NCBI GenBank assembly: GCA_035221665.1
Contig: CM069163.1
Location: forward strand, 22,072,001 to 22,136,000
DNA: 64,000 nucleotides
Reading direction: 5' to 3'
Origin: Okamejei kenojei
Taxonomy: Eukaryota
The translations under genes were made by a program, and so were the position numbers. Below, one piece after another: positions 13,696 to 26,712 of the stretch. Within the stretch, counting starts at the first letter, position 1. Every line of letters starts with the position of its first letter. The notes under the pieces are model-generated. The model worked only from the letters and a program-made list of their open reading frames with translations, was not told where the DNA came from and searched no databases.

Positions 13696-15569
13696 ATGTT
13701 CATTTATCGTAGTGAGCGTAATTATGCACAAATCGAGAAAGCAGCCCTTGGTATCAACTTTGGAATCAAGAAGTTCCATCAGTATCTGTTGGGTGGGAAA
13801 TTCACCTTGGTTTCTGATCATAAGCCACTTCTTGCAATTCTTGGTCTGCAATACCAACAATGGCAGCCTCGAGGATGCAGCGTTGTGCAGTTCTCCTGTC
13901 ACAGTATGACTACAGTATTGAGTACCGCAGCTCAAAAGAAAATGCTATCGCTGATGCATTATCGCATTTGCCTCATGAAGAATCAGATGTGGGCACAGAA
14001 GGTGCTATCTACGTCACAGCTGTGGACAATGACTTTCCAGTCAGAGCAGCAGCAATTGCTGCTGAAACTCAAAAGGACACAGTGCTAAAACAAGTATATG
14101 AACAAACTTTGAGTGGAAGGTCAGAAATAAAACCATGTACTAATAAACTAAAATGTTATCACAATAGACGACATGAACTGTCATGTGAGAAAGGGTGTAT
14201 TAAATGGGGTCAGAGTAGTGGTGCCCAATTGTTTAAGACAAAGATTACTTAAAGAACTCCATAGTGAACACACAGGAATTGTGGGAATGAAGTCTACAGC
14301 CAGAGGTTGCATGTATTGGTCAGGATTGGACAATGACATGGAAGCAATGGCAAGCAAATGTAGCACCTGTCAAGAGTTGTAAAAGTAGGCCTGCCCAAAC
14401 CCCTTTGCAGACATGGTCTTGGCCTACCAGACCGTTTCAGAGGGTTTGTGCGGATTTTTGTGAACACAGGAATAATAATGTTCTTGTTTTGGTAGATAGC
14501 CACTCAAAGTGGATTGAGGTGGTACATATGGGTACAAACACATGGATTACTTGCAGAGCTTGTCTCTGACAACAGCCTCCAATTTCGTGCTGCACTGTTC
14601 AAAACTTTCATGAAGCTAAATGGTATCATGCATACCTTAGTGCCAACTTACCATCCAACATCTAACGGCACAACCGACAGGTCAGTCAGGATAGTTAAAG
14701 CAGCTCTCAAGACACAAGCTCTTGAAGGGAATTCAAAATTCAGTATGTCACAGGGGCTAGCTAGTTTCTTACTGAAATATCATACCACGCCACAATCTAC
14801 CACAGGGTATAGGCCAGCTGAACTCATGAAAAGAATGTTCAGAATTAGACCGAGTTTGGTTCTATCTAACCTATCTCCTACGGTTAAACCCAAACAATCT
14901 GATCAGAAACATCATTATGGTGGAAGTCAAAAAGAACATAGGTTCAAAACACATGGTCAGGTTCGTGTTCTCAGCCTCCCTTACAAAGCAAACACATACG
15001 AGGTGGGAACAGTAGTTGAAGTGTGTGGAACCAGGAGGTACTTGGTCGAAATTGGAGGACATATTAGAAGTGTGCACATAAACCATATGATCCCAGCAAG
15101 GGATTAACCGGTACAAGAGCAAAGCATAGATAAAGTAGCAGATCTGTCAGACTCTGGCATTATTCCAAGTTCAGATGTAAGAGCAGAATCTCAAAAAAAA
15201 AGTAGAGACAAAGGTAAATGATCTTGAACTTCCGACTCTCCTTTCGAACCACAACCCGACACTCCCCCTAAACCACTCAGGAGATCAGAAAGAGTGCGTA
15301 AACCAGTCATCAGATTAAATATATAAAATTATTCTTGTTTGTCTAATTTACAAGTTAGTTTACTTTCTAAGGAGAGCGCAGTGTATTGTATATAATGGTA
15401 ATTATAACTTTTAAGAACCGTACTAGAATGGTATGATTTGTGCCATGTGATATATTATATATCTTATCAGTCTCGTGAATATGTGCGAGTATGCGGAGTG
15501 TACTTTTGTAGAATAAAGACCCACACTAGCATGCTGAAGCCATAATATCTTGCATGTTCCATTTTAACA
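13696..15569 (+). mobile_element. 5'-truncated Gypsy/Ty3 LTR retrotransposon: RNase H, integrase, PPT and 3' LTR (15382-15569)
   Basis: [21 protein letters not shown]2C2 motif (LHSEHTG...C..C), LVSDN, YHPTSNG; frameshifted; purine tract then TG...AACA LTR containing AATAAA. Confidence 0.92.
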
Positions 15570-16254
15570 TGATAATCTTGATTGACTCGGCCCACATCTC
15601 AACTCACTCCTTGCTGATGTACTCTAGACCATGTTTCACTTGAGTAGATAATTTTAATGAACTCTACAATCACAGCTATGAGATTACTTACGAAGCTGAG
15701 GAAGTGTCTTAAATCACACGAAGCCCTATAGTGACCAGTGTTTGCCAAAAAATATTAGCACCTGATTAGATAATACAATATTCATATACTCCTCCTTTAC
15801 AAATACTTTGTTGTCTTGATCATTCCCATGTCTTGACTCTATATTTAGAGATAGATAGCTGCGGTCTCTAAAGCTCCTGTTTCGAATGTTCCACAACTGT
15901 AACTGCATTGTGAGCAGCCATGGCCCAAAATATTGGAATTATTTCCTTCAACCTCCTTCGCTTCTCTTTCCTCTTTTATAATGCCCATTAAATGCTTTCT
16001 CTTTCAGCAAGCCTTTGCTCAACAATCCTAACATCACCTTGTATTGGGATTGAACAGGTTGACGAATAAGTGTAGAAACTTCAATGAATGCCCTCTCTGT
16101 TTTAGTCTTTAGCATTCCCTTTCTTCTGCTCCAATCAGCTGAAATTTCCAGTGTGTTCCTGTCCCTTTCATTCAATCAAACATAAGCTGTGACCCATTCT
16201 ATTCTAGAAAGCCGAGCACAAAATCTAAATCATAATCATGTATAGTTTTTCCGC

Positions 16255-16480
16255 TGACTGGATAGCGCGCAACGAAAAAGCTTTTCGCCTTTATCTTGGT
16301 ACAATTGACAATAAACTAAACTACACCAAAAAAGCTATTAACATTTCTGACTGTACTTCCTGACTGAACTGCCATGTTCTGAGAAAGTAGTCAGAAATGT
16401 TAATAGCTTTTTGGTTTAGTTTATTTTCAATTGTACCAAGATAAAGGCGAAAAGATTTTTCGTTGCGTGCTATCCAATCA
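16255..16480. repeat. Inverted repeat, ~95-bp arms with ~36-bp spacer
   Basis: 16255-16352 is the near-perfect reverse complement of 16389-16480. Confidence 0.92.
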
Positions 16481-17043
16481 ATTACAATCAAACCGTCCAC
16501 AAACTACAAATACAAACATAAAAATTGGAATAACGTTTAGTGCAAGATAAGGTCCAATTAATGATCGTCCTAGAGTCTTCAATGAAGTAGATAGTAGCTC
16601 AGGTCCGCTCTCTAGTTGGCGATAGGATGGTTAAGTGTAAGTTGTCCTTGATTTTGCTGGTGGCCTTTATGGGATCTTGAAATGCACAAACTTTACTTTG
16701 TAATTCCAACTCTGACCGCTCACTTGGCAGGACTAATTCCCATTCTACGAATGCCCTGTTAAAGAGGACAAGACCTTAAAGAAGAATTACATTGGACAAG
16801 CAAGCTTTTTGTGTCTATCTTTCATTTAAACCAGCATCTGTTCCTTCCTACACACTTCACAAGGATAAGAAGTGTGTTACTCCAGCTCTGTGTGTCTATC
16901 ACAAGGATAAGAACCCTTGTTGTTAGCTGCCAAAACCCATCAGCAATGTTAATAGGGCTGAATGATCTGTTTTCATGCTGTAAAATGCTAAAATAGAACA
17001 CTATTCAAATTAAATTTCAGCCAAAAACCATAGGAACCCTTAC

Positions 17044-17186
17044 CTCCTCTGTTAGATCCAAAGCCCGAAAAGCCAGTCCCCTGTTGGCCAAAGCCAGGTG
17101 CCTGTTGGGGCACTGATCCAAAAGTTGCAGGACTGGATTGATTTGCTATGCTTCCAAATGACTGTGCACTGGGACTGCTTCCAAAC
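17044..17186 (-). CDS. NUP214: NUP214 FG exon (~34)
   Basis: [24 protein letters not shown]...GFSGFGS; phase 2-1. Confidence 0.95.
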
Positions 17187-18395
17187 CTGTGTGAAACAGG
17201 AACAATTATGTACAACTGAAGAGATATAGAAAGTGCGCTTGAATATTCAGTGTGAAAGTCTCAGTGCAATAGGACCATTAACCAGAAACATCAACTCTGT
17301 TTCTCTTTCTACACATGCTCCTGCTGAGTTATTCCAGCATTTCCACTGCCATTTTTGTCATGCTACATTAATATCTAACTCTTTGGACATCACTGACAAA
17401 GCCGGCAATTATTTCAGAGTCGAAGATGCTGAAGAACTGCCGACCTTTCTCTTGAACCAATGAAATTTATTTGGTAAAGGTGCTCCTGCAGTAATGTTGT
17501 CTTACACATCACGGGGTTTGCCCCAGTAACAATGAATAAATATACTTGCCAGACATGTATTACTGCCGGAGTCAGTAAGAGCCAGGAGCAATACCATGGC
17601 CTTCTAGGTGTCTGCTTAACCATCTGGTGGAGGTTGTTGGCCGTTTATGGAAGTGTTGCGCCACCGTAGCCTTTGAAATACCGGGCCGTGAAATTGCTAG
17701 AAAGTGCAGCCCACACAGTTTATCTCGCCAAATGCAAACCCAACTGAAAACTCTGCAATCATGAGCAAACATCCCAATTTCTGGTTTTATTAGTAAAGGC
17801 AAGGTCATTGATGAGATTGCTGAAGATCAAGGATTCTGCTCTATACCATTTCCTGAAAAGATGTCAAAGGCCAAGATGATTGCCCACCAACAGGGTCTCA
17901 CTTCATCTATCACCAGAATTATCTCACTGATGCCCTGCAACTATTTCTCCTTGATCCCCTGTACTACCCAATGTCAAATAATTTCACATTGGAGCAGTCT
18001 CTCTTAACTCTGGAACTTTGTTTCAATTTATATGAAGACTAAGGGCATAAACCGGGTCAGATGCAGATAAGCATTAAAAATAAAGTAATTGGCTATTACT
18101 GGATCTTCCATCACTTTGCTGATGAATGAGTGTAACCAATCAAACCAGTCAATGGCTAGGGTCCCACTGAATGCAAGCAGGACATAACTGGTCAAATCTC
18201 CACTTTGAGGAGTTACTGGTCATGCAGCTGTAGCGAATACATTTAACTTAGTGTAGCTAGTCCTTTTTAGTCCTCAGTATTACAGCTGAGATATTATCAA
18301 GGCTCTTGGCCTTTGCAATAGTGAGACACGAATTTGCTGAAAAGCACTTTCAACGCTACGGCAGTATTAAAGGAGGAAACAGCTGATTGTTTGAA

Positions 18396-18527
18396 GTCTG
18401 AAGAAGGGTCGTGACCCGAAATGTCACCCATTCCTTCTCTCCAGAGATACTGCCTGTCCCGCTGAGTAACTCCAGCATTTTGTGTCTACCTTTGATTTAA
18501 ACCAGCATCTGCAGTTCTTTCCTACAC
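18396..18527 (+). mobile_element. Short Penelope-derived insert with hammerhead motif, 16-bp TSD
   Basis: CTGAAGA-AGGGTC-GT-GACCC-GAAA-TGTC; flanked by cagctgattgtttgaa at 18380 and 18528. Confidence 0.8.
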
Positions 18528-21079
18528 CAGCTGATTGTTTGAAACAGATAACCTGTCATCAAACTTGAAAACCATGAAAAATAAACTAATTCAAAAGAAT
18601 CAGAACAAAAAAGAATGTGTTCAGTTAAAGAAAGATTAAGCTTCAGTTAAATTCAACCAATCCTTCATTCAGTTTATCACACTGATGTTGATTCCACAAA
18701 AAATTATGGTTCTCTTTGATTTTATTATCTCCCCTCACAAAGGATATTAACTTGGCTGTTCTTTCCAGTGGAGCTGATGAAGTTGCCACTGATATGAACA
18801 GGTTTTCCAGTTGTTCCCGGCGCTGTTTTATACAAACCAATCACCATCTCTCTTTCACAATTCTGGTGCACTTAATGACACTAATTTTTCAGCAGCGAGT
18901 TACAATGCACTGACCTCTACCTGCTTCTTGTTTTATTTAAATCTTATAATTTGCCCAGCTTTGGTGAACAGGATATTTTTTTGAAAAGTATCACATTTTC
19001 GGATGGATGTCAATTTTGTAATGATACCGAAAAATATTTGGCAGCTTCAGACTGCAGGTCTTTAAAATGCAGCTGGTTTGCTGTCTGTTCTTTGTCCAGT
19101 GGTCTCAATTGTTTCCGAATAGCACATGTAACCAATTGGCTCATCTGAAGACTGACCTTTGTGTTGTCAACAATTTCAAGAGAAAGCATGTGGATTGTTC
19201 ACACGGCGCTTCTGATTTACTGATGTATCTTGTCATCGGAGTCGATTCAGCCCACCAGGTCCGATCTACCTTTCACAGAATGGATCCATTAGTCCCATTC
19301 CCCTAATTTCTCCTGTAATTCTGCAACTCATTCTCCCTCCCATACTCATACATTCCCCAAATTTGGTTCTTTTGCTATTGACCTATTCTAAAGGCACAAT
19401 TTACAGCAGCCAATTAACCTAACAGCACATCTTTGAAGTGTGGAGGGAAACTGAAGCACGTGGCAGAATCCCACATACACTGGGAGAACAAGCAAACTCA
19501 ACAAAACAGAACCTCGGCTCAAGGTCAGACCCAAGACCCTGGAGCTGAGAGGCAGCAGTTCCTACTACTGTGCCCCCAGGCCATCGTGTGGTCATCATTG
19601 TCTTTAGCACTCACATGCTGAGATTAGGGGCATTGTGGAGCCGCTTTCTGCCGTTAGCTGTGAAATTGGAGGAACCGCTGACTGACATTTCAAGTCGGTT
19701 GTGATGTGGGGAAGTGTGTAGGTAAGAATTGAAAATTCATAAATCCAGTTCTAATAGTTCTGCAGTGTAAAAAATCTTGCTCCTGGAAAGCTCTTTTCAT
19801 GCAGAATACCAGGATGGAACTCCTGATGAATCAGGATGGAACGTCTGACCCAACAGTAATGAGAAAATTGCTGATTTTGAGTTTATTGATTGTGATGCAT
19901 GGTTCTTCTGCAGCGACTAATGCCTCTGGTCTAATTCTGCTTGATGACACTAATTCGACCTCCCTTAGGCGTAGAATGGAGATAAAAGCACACATGTTGT
20001 CAGGAGGATAAGGGAACTAGATTTAGCAATAGGAATGAACAGAATTGGCTGGCTGATGACTTCCTGAAACAGACCTAAAAATGTATTAGTATAAAGGAAA
20101 AGTTCCCTCTCTCACATATATTGAGGTATTGCACACAGGGAACTTACTTTTAAAGATATGCAATATTTTTTCGGGAACGATACATTTGCACAGAATATCT
20201 CATCAAAGGAATAGACTGCTAGGTCACTCAATGCATCATGCTTCTCCCATTTATTAGACCATAAACCAAAATCCAATTGTCCATGTAATAACCACAATTT
20301 GCAGTTGAACAGCATTATTACTGCTTGGTTATGTATATAGAATGGTTTTTGTACTGTGGTTCTGAGCGCAAAGTGGAGCAGTAGAGGTGTGTTCAGGATC
20401 CCAGCTTTCCAGTGTACTTTTTGTGAAGTTGTCCAACTTACTTTCCAGTAGAGGACCAATGTTTTCAAAGCCATCAAGAGCTATTCTGGAAGGAATATGA
20501 TTTTTTTTTGGAGTGGGGAACAGTAGGTCTTTAAAACTACCACCAAGTGAACAGAACCAGTTCTAATTGGATGGTCAGTATTTGTAATAGTTTTGAGACC
20601 AAGGTAAAATGAGAAAGACTAGGTGAATAAAATTAACTCAACGAGGGCCTAAAGGCAGACAAGGAAAAATAAGTGGCAAATGGGTTGGGATTTTTGGCAT
20701 CATATTCGGCACATTGTGGGCTGAAGGGCCTGTTCCTGTGTTACACTATTCTATGAACGATTCAGGGGTGATTGATGTATGATGCAGAAGCCAACCAATG
20801 CATAAAATAGAATAAAATATACATTTTATGAGACTTCTCTCAAGTCATGATAAATTCATGTAGGACTATGATTGCACATTATGCAATATGTCACTCAGAG
20901 AGCATATGCAGATACTCATTTAAGAAAGAACTGCAGATGCTGGAAAAAGCGAAGGAAGACAAAAATACTGGCGGAACTCAGCGAGTGCGGCAGCATCTAT
21001 GGAAAGAAGGAATAGCCAACGTTTTGGGTCGAGACCCTCCCTCCTTTTGCTCCCCCAACACCCAAAAATATTGGCTCAC

Positions 21080-21251
21080 CCAAACCCTCCAGCACTGGCA
21101 GCTGCTGTTCCTTCACCAAACACTTTGCCTCCTGAAGAAGTCATTGGAGATGCAAAACTTGGTGCACCACCGAACGCTGGTGATCCACCGAAGGATGGGC
21201 CACCCCCGAAGGCTGGAGGACTTCCAAACACTGGAGCAGCGCCAAAACTAC
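21080..21251 (-). CDS. NUP214: NUP214 FG exon (~33)
   Basis: [15 protein letters not shown]...[18 protein letters not shown] nearly identical to human; phase 1-2. Confidence 0.97.
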
Positions 21252-21659
21252 CTGAGCAGAACAGAAGAGCAAGATATCACGATGGAGGATTTACAAGACA
21301 TGATCATTCCATTACCAAACTATTCCATATAAAACAGTGGGGATGGCATGCGGCAGAATGAATGCTCTGGCACAGGCAGGATGATGGGAGGTAAAGAATG
21401 AGTTGTGGATGAGGTTAAAATGACCAGGGAAGTGTCAAAGGAAGAATCAAATATCTCAGGACTGGGATCTTGCGTTGACAAATTAAAAATATTCAGGTAA
21501 ATTATTTATTAAGCTAATTTGCTTTGGCTATTTCAAAAATATCAGTCAACAAGATTTTTCTCAATGATTTGATTAGAATTTGAATTCTATTATAGGCAGT
21601 GTCTTTCAAACCACTTTCCAATCCCAAGCAAAACAGAGCATTTCTCCAAGATGGTTGCG

Positions 21660-21935
21660 TGGAATACAGCGTGGAAACAGGACCTTCGGCCCATCAAGAC
21701 CATGCCGACCAGCAATCGCCCATACACTCGTTCAATCCTACACGAGGGACAATTTACAGAAGCAAATTAACCTACAAACCTGCAGTATTTAGAATTTGGG
21801 AGGAAATTAAAGCCCCTGGAGAAAACGCACTCAGTCACATGGAGAATGTGCAAAGTCTGTATCGGCAGCACCCATAGTCGGGAATGAACCCGGGTCTCTG
21901 GTTCTGTAAGGTAGCAACTCTACAGCTGCGCAACC
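21660..21935 (-). mobile_element. tRNA-derived V-type SINE
   Basis: Same head/core/tail as 50513-50792. Confidence 0.75.
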
Positions 21936-22032
21936 CTGGTCTTTCATTATATTCCCAAAAACACAGCCTCCTCTTCCATCGATCACCTTTTTGGAACATG
22001 CCACCATGCCTCAAACGACCCATCCTAATTAC

Positions 22033-22188
22033 CTGCAGGTTTTGGTGGACTGGAAAAGGAGCCAAATCCTTGGGCGGCAACACTGGATCCAGCACTGAAC
22101 GAGCCTGGAGACTTCTGATCTGATCCAAAAGTGGCAGGGTTAAATCCAAACGCCTTTGCACCACTGTTGCCAAACAGAGTGGCTGCAT
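22033..22188 (-). CDS. NUP214: NUP214 FG exon (~32)
   Basis: LFGNSGAKAFG...SVAAQGFG...SSPPK; phase 1-1. Confidence 0.96.
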
Positions 22189-23344
22189 CTGTAAAGAGCA
22201 TACACATCATCAGAGCTACAAATCAAACCTACTTGGCATCATTCTCCCAATTTATATCCTATCATACATTTTGTCCAACTGATTTCAGCAAATCTCACTA
22301 TCGGTTTGTGATTTAAGAGACAGGATAGTTTTGCTAGCTCTGGGCCTTTCCCCTTTTAATTTTATTGCTGAATGACAGGTACTTTAACACAGTAGGACTT
22401 TTTAAATGGGGAGTGAGGCCTAATGTGATAATTTGATTTTCACTGGATGAACTTACAATTTCAAATAGTTTTAAGCCCTAGGTTTCAGATGTTATCTGAA
22501 CGTTGGCGCTTCTATCAATATGAAAATACGTTAAGTGGCAGGCTAGAGTACTTACAGCCTTGAGACCAAAATATAATGGATCCAGAACCTTCTTTTTGTT
22601 TCTCTCTCCCTGCTGTCTGATCTGCTGAGTATTTCCAGTATCTTGTTTCCATTTCAAACTGCCAACATTAGCAGTTTTTAAATATTTTCAACTACAATGG
22701 GCTATGGGTAGACTACATGAATGGACAAAGATCTGGCAAATGGAGAGCACAATGCAGTTATATCAGATATTGTCCTTGTTGGTAGGAAGAATAAAAATGC
22801 TTTTCACCCAAGATGTGACAGGAACAGAGCTCTGAGATGCAGGGGATCCAAGTACCGCAATTTGCAGAAACTAATAGGTGGATACAGCAATTAATTACCA
22901 TTGTAACTTTATATTTCCCAGGAAATTGAACAGAAAATTATGCCTCACGTTTTATTTCATAGCGATTAGTCATGAAACCACATCGGAACACATTGTTTGC
23001 CTTATTTAAGCAGGTTAAAGTAATACAAAAAAAAAAATCAATGAAGATTTACTGTAATGGATCTAGAATGGATAAGTTGTCTTGAAAGGAAAGTTTGGAC
23101 GACCTGCACTTGCTTTATTTACTAGAATTTTAAAAGGTGGGACGGACATTTTTCAAATAGACAAGTTCCTGAGGGATTTTGACAGAGCAAATGTGGAGAT
23201 GATGCTTCCTCTTGTGGGAGATCCCAGAAGGGGTTACCGTTAAAAATTAAGAGATAACAGTCCATTCAATTATTTTTCTCAGTCGTCCAGGAGTCTTTGA
23301 AATTATTTTCCTCAGAGGACTGTGGAAGCAGCCTTTCAATATTT

Positions 23345-23580
23345 CATACGGTCACGAGGAGTCGAATTAGGCCATTCGGCCCATCAAGTCCACTCCGCCA
23401 TTCAATCATGACTGATCTATCTCTCCCTCCTAACCTCAAACCGTTCTCCTGCCCATAACCTCTGACATCTGTACTAATCAAGAATCTATCTATCTCTGCC
23501 TTAAAAAATATCCACTGATTTGGCCTCCACAACCTTCTGTGGCAAATAATTCCACATATTTACCACACTCTGACTAAAGA
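23345..23580 (-). mobile_element. CR1 LINE 3' fragment
   Basis: FKAEIDRFL + 3' UTR GATCAGTCATGATTGAATGGCGGAG...GGCCTAATTC. Confidence 0.85.
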
Positions 23581-25929
23581 GACAATGGCAGATGGATTCT
23601 AGATAAGGTGAAATATTATTTGGATAGGCAGGAATGCAGAGTTGAGGTTATGCTCAGGTTTAGCCATCATTTTATTGAACATTGGAGCAGGCTCAGAATG
23701 AAACAGTCTTTTCCTGTTCCTAATTTATATGCAAGATTGAAGCAGCATTACTAAATTATAGATTACTTGCCACTTTGAAATGAATTGAGCATCTCCAGTT
23801 TTCAATACTGTATCGTGGATTGACATTAGTGGTCATCCCCAAGAATGTCAATTGTAGGGAAAATCTTAGGGATTGTAACATCCAGTCCTACTAATCAACC
23901 GTTGGCAGCCAACATGGAAAATTGTCCAGTTGCAGTCTGTTCAAACTAACTCCCACCAAATTGGCCTCCTCTCAATCATGCACAAAGTGTCAATTCATGC
24001 CACACCAATGCCAACTTAGGGTTTTTCCATGACAACTTAGCACCAGAACTCATCATATTCTTGATCCAAACGTGGAATAGAGCTGTATTCCAGATGTGGA
24101 GTGAGAATGTCCGTCTTTGACCAAGTTTGACATGGAGAGCCATGTTATTGCCGTTGTCAATGGAGTCAGGCTTTATCCATGGGGGAAAATGATTACAGCT
24201 TTTGATGGGCAGAAGTTGCTCAGGGCATTATGTCGGAACTGACTATTTTCAGCAGCATCAAAGACCCTGCTTCCACAAATCTGAAATGGGAATGATTTTT
24301 GAGGTTGCACCATGCTCTACTCCATTCAGAATTTATTAGCAAATGATGCAAAACAAAAAAGGCCAAAGCTTTCCTTTCCTCAGAAAACAGCTGATCCTCC
24401 CAGACCCATTTTCAAGCATCAATCCCAAAACGACAACTCCCTTAACATTTCCAAACCTATCAATCTATCTTGAGCAGACTAACTGAGTCTCCACAACTCC
24501 TTTGGATAGAGAATTACAAAAGTTCACCCCCCCCTCCCATGGCAATTTTTCTTCTCATCTCTGTCCTGAATTGCTGACCCTACATTTTAAGGATGAACCC
24601 AAATTGTACATATCCCAAGAAACACAAGGATAGATTTATGCAAAAAGAAAAAGATTAGTAAAATTTAATGCAAGACATTGACACACTGAGATTGAAGAAA
24701 TTATATTAGTGACTAAGAGAAATTAAATACTTTGTTTCTGTCTTGATTAAGGACACAAAACCAATACCTGGAAATTGTGACGTTCTACAAGTCTTGTGTA
24801 AATGAAGCATTTAAATAAATTAGAATTTGAATAAAACTCTATTCATCTGAAATGCTCGGAACTTTGATAGTGCCAGACGAGCTGATTTTCCAGAATACTA
24901 TATGTTATTCTCATTAATAAACCAACCCACTTCAAAAACTTCCACTGCGGAATAACAAATTCACCTGTGAACCCAGTAAAGGAACGTAGGAACTAGGGCC
25001 CTGGTAAGTGAAATGGAGTGCAGGAGCCAAGACCTCACTAAGTGAGGCAGATGCTGAATAGCACACAGAGTATTACTGTATTTGTTTTAAAGTAGCACCG
25101 GAAAAATGAACAGGGAAAGAGAGTTGTTAAATCCATGGAATACGATGACCAGCATCATTGGAGTTTAAAAGAGGCCGCTATAGAAATTCTAGATATATCA
25201 GATGTCACCGTCCAAAATTCCACTGGAATTTAATTTGGGAAATTATGAGGTAATGCACTTTGGCAAGAAGTGTCAAAAGATGGATTATTTTTTAAACAGA
25301 GTGAGACTGCAAATGAGTGACATTCAGAGGGATCTGGGTGCTCCAGTGCATGGTTTACTAAATAAATGGGAGCCGAGTGAAGCATCCAAGAAAGGGTAAT
25401 TGACGAGGATTGATAAACCCACAACTTTTAATTTATATAGCATCGCTGATAAAAGTGGATGAGATTTAGCCAAGATTGCTGCCTTTGACAAATGTTTAAA
25501 TGGGTAGTCTCTAAAACATACAGAACAAGACACATGACCAAACCAAGTTACAAAACGTATAATTTTTCTCATTTTTCTCATGCTATCAGTTAAAAAAAAA
25601 CATTATTTCTGCAGCTATTTGCACAATGTCCAAAAGTGTAGTCACGGTTCAATATGAAACACAGCAGTCAATTTGTGTACAGACAACTGTTGCAAAAGGT
25701 TATGAGATAATGCCATAATAATTTATTTGATAATGTTAGTTGGAGAAATGCAGAAAAAAGTTGCCTGTTGCTTTAAATAATACAATATGACCTTATAAAT
25801 CCATTCCAGGTATGATTTGATTTAGTGTTTCATCTAAAAGATGGCACCTCAAACATTTAGCACATCACCTTAGAATTTGTCCTCAGATGGCTGGATTGGA
25901 AATTTAAGCCGATAACATTCAGAATTGCC

Positions 25930-26460
25930 TGAAGGACCCTCGGACAATCTTTGATCGGACTTTAACTTGCATTAAATTTATTCCCTTATCATCCATCTGT
26001 ACACCGTGAATGATTCGATTGTAATCATGTATTGTCTTTCCACTGGCTGGTTAGCACATAACAATAGCTTTTCACTGTACTTCAGTACATGTGACAATAA
26101 ACTAAACTGAACACTACTTCTACGGTTACTGATCTACACCTTCAATTGGGGATAAGTTTATAACCTCAATCTGGAACGTCTTATCCAAGTTAGTCTTCCA
26201 ACAACAACGTAACAAACTTGCAATATTTCGAGAGGTAGATTGAAGGGCTGGGTCGTACTCAAGCTGATGAGAGGACTGTTCAGTTGCCTGATAACAGCTG
26301 GAAATAAACTGTCCATGAATCTGGAGGTATGCATTTTCAAACTTCTGTACCTCTTGCTTAATGGGAAAGGGGAGAAGAGGGAGCGAACAGGGTGAGACTG
26401 GCCCTTGATTATGCTGGTGGCCTTGCTGAAGCAACATGAAGTGTAAATGGAAGGGGAGAA
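25930..26460. mobile_element. Rex/Babar- or L2-type LINE 3' end, split into opposite orientations
   Basis: Minus piece 26225-26460 encodes SHP..SLF..P.SKRYRSLK..TSRF..S.FP.VIRQLN; plus piece 25930-26110 is the 3' UTR ending GTGACAATAAACTAAAC. Confidence 0.75.
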
Positions 26461-26576
26461 TGTCCTCAAGCAAATTAATCAGATCAGTGTACGGCAGCTA
26501 AATGAACACACAAGTTCTGAATACCAACTCCCTCCCATGAACCATGCAAGTTCCCAAGACAAAAACTTTAACTTAC

Positions 26577-26712
26577 TTGGAGAGTCAACGGTTCCAAAAT
26601 TTATTTGGCCAAATGGATTTTTACCAGCTGCATCCAGGTTTGGCTTCCCTCCCAGTCCACTGAAGAATCCAGCCCCAGCAGCTGAAGAGCCAAAGACTGC
26701 TCCCTTAGGACT
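26577..26712 (-). CDS. NUP214: NUP214 FG exon (~31)
   Basis: [21 protein letters not shown] (human [20 protein letters not shown]); phase 0-1. Confidence 0.96.
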
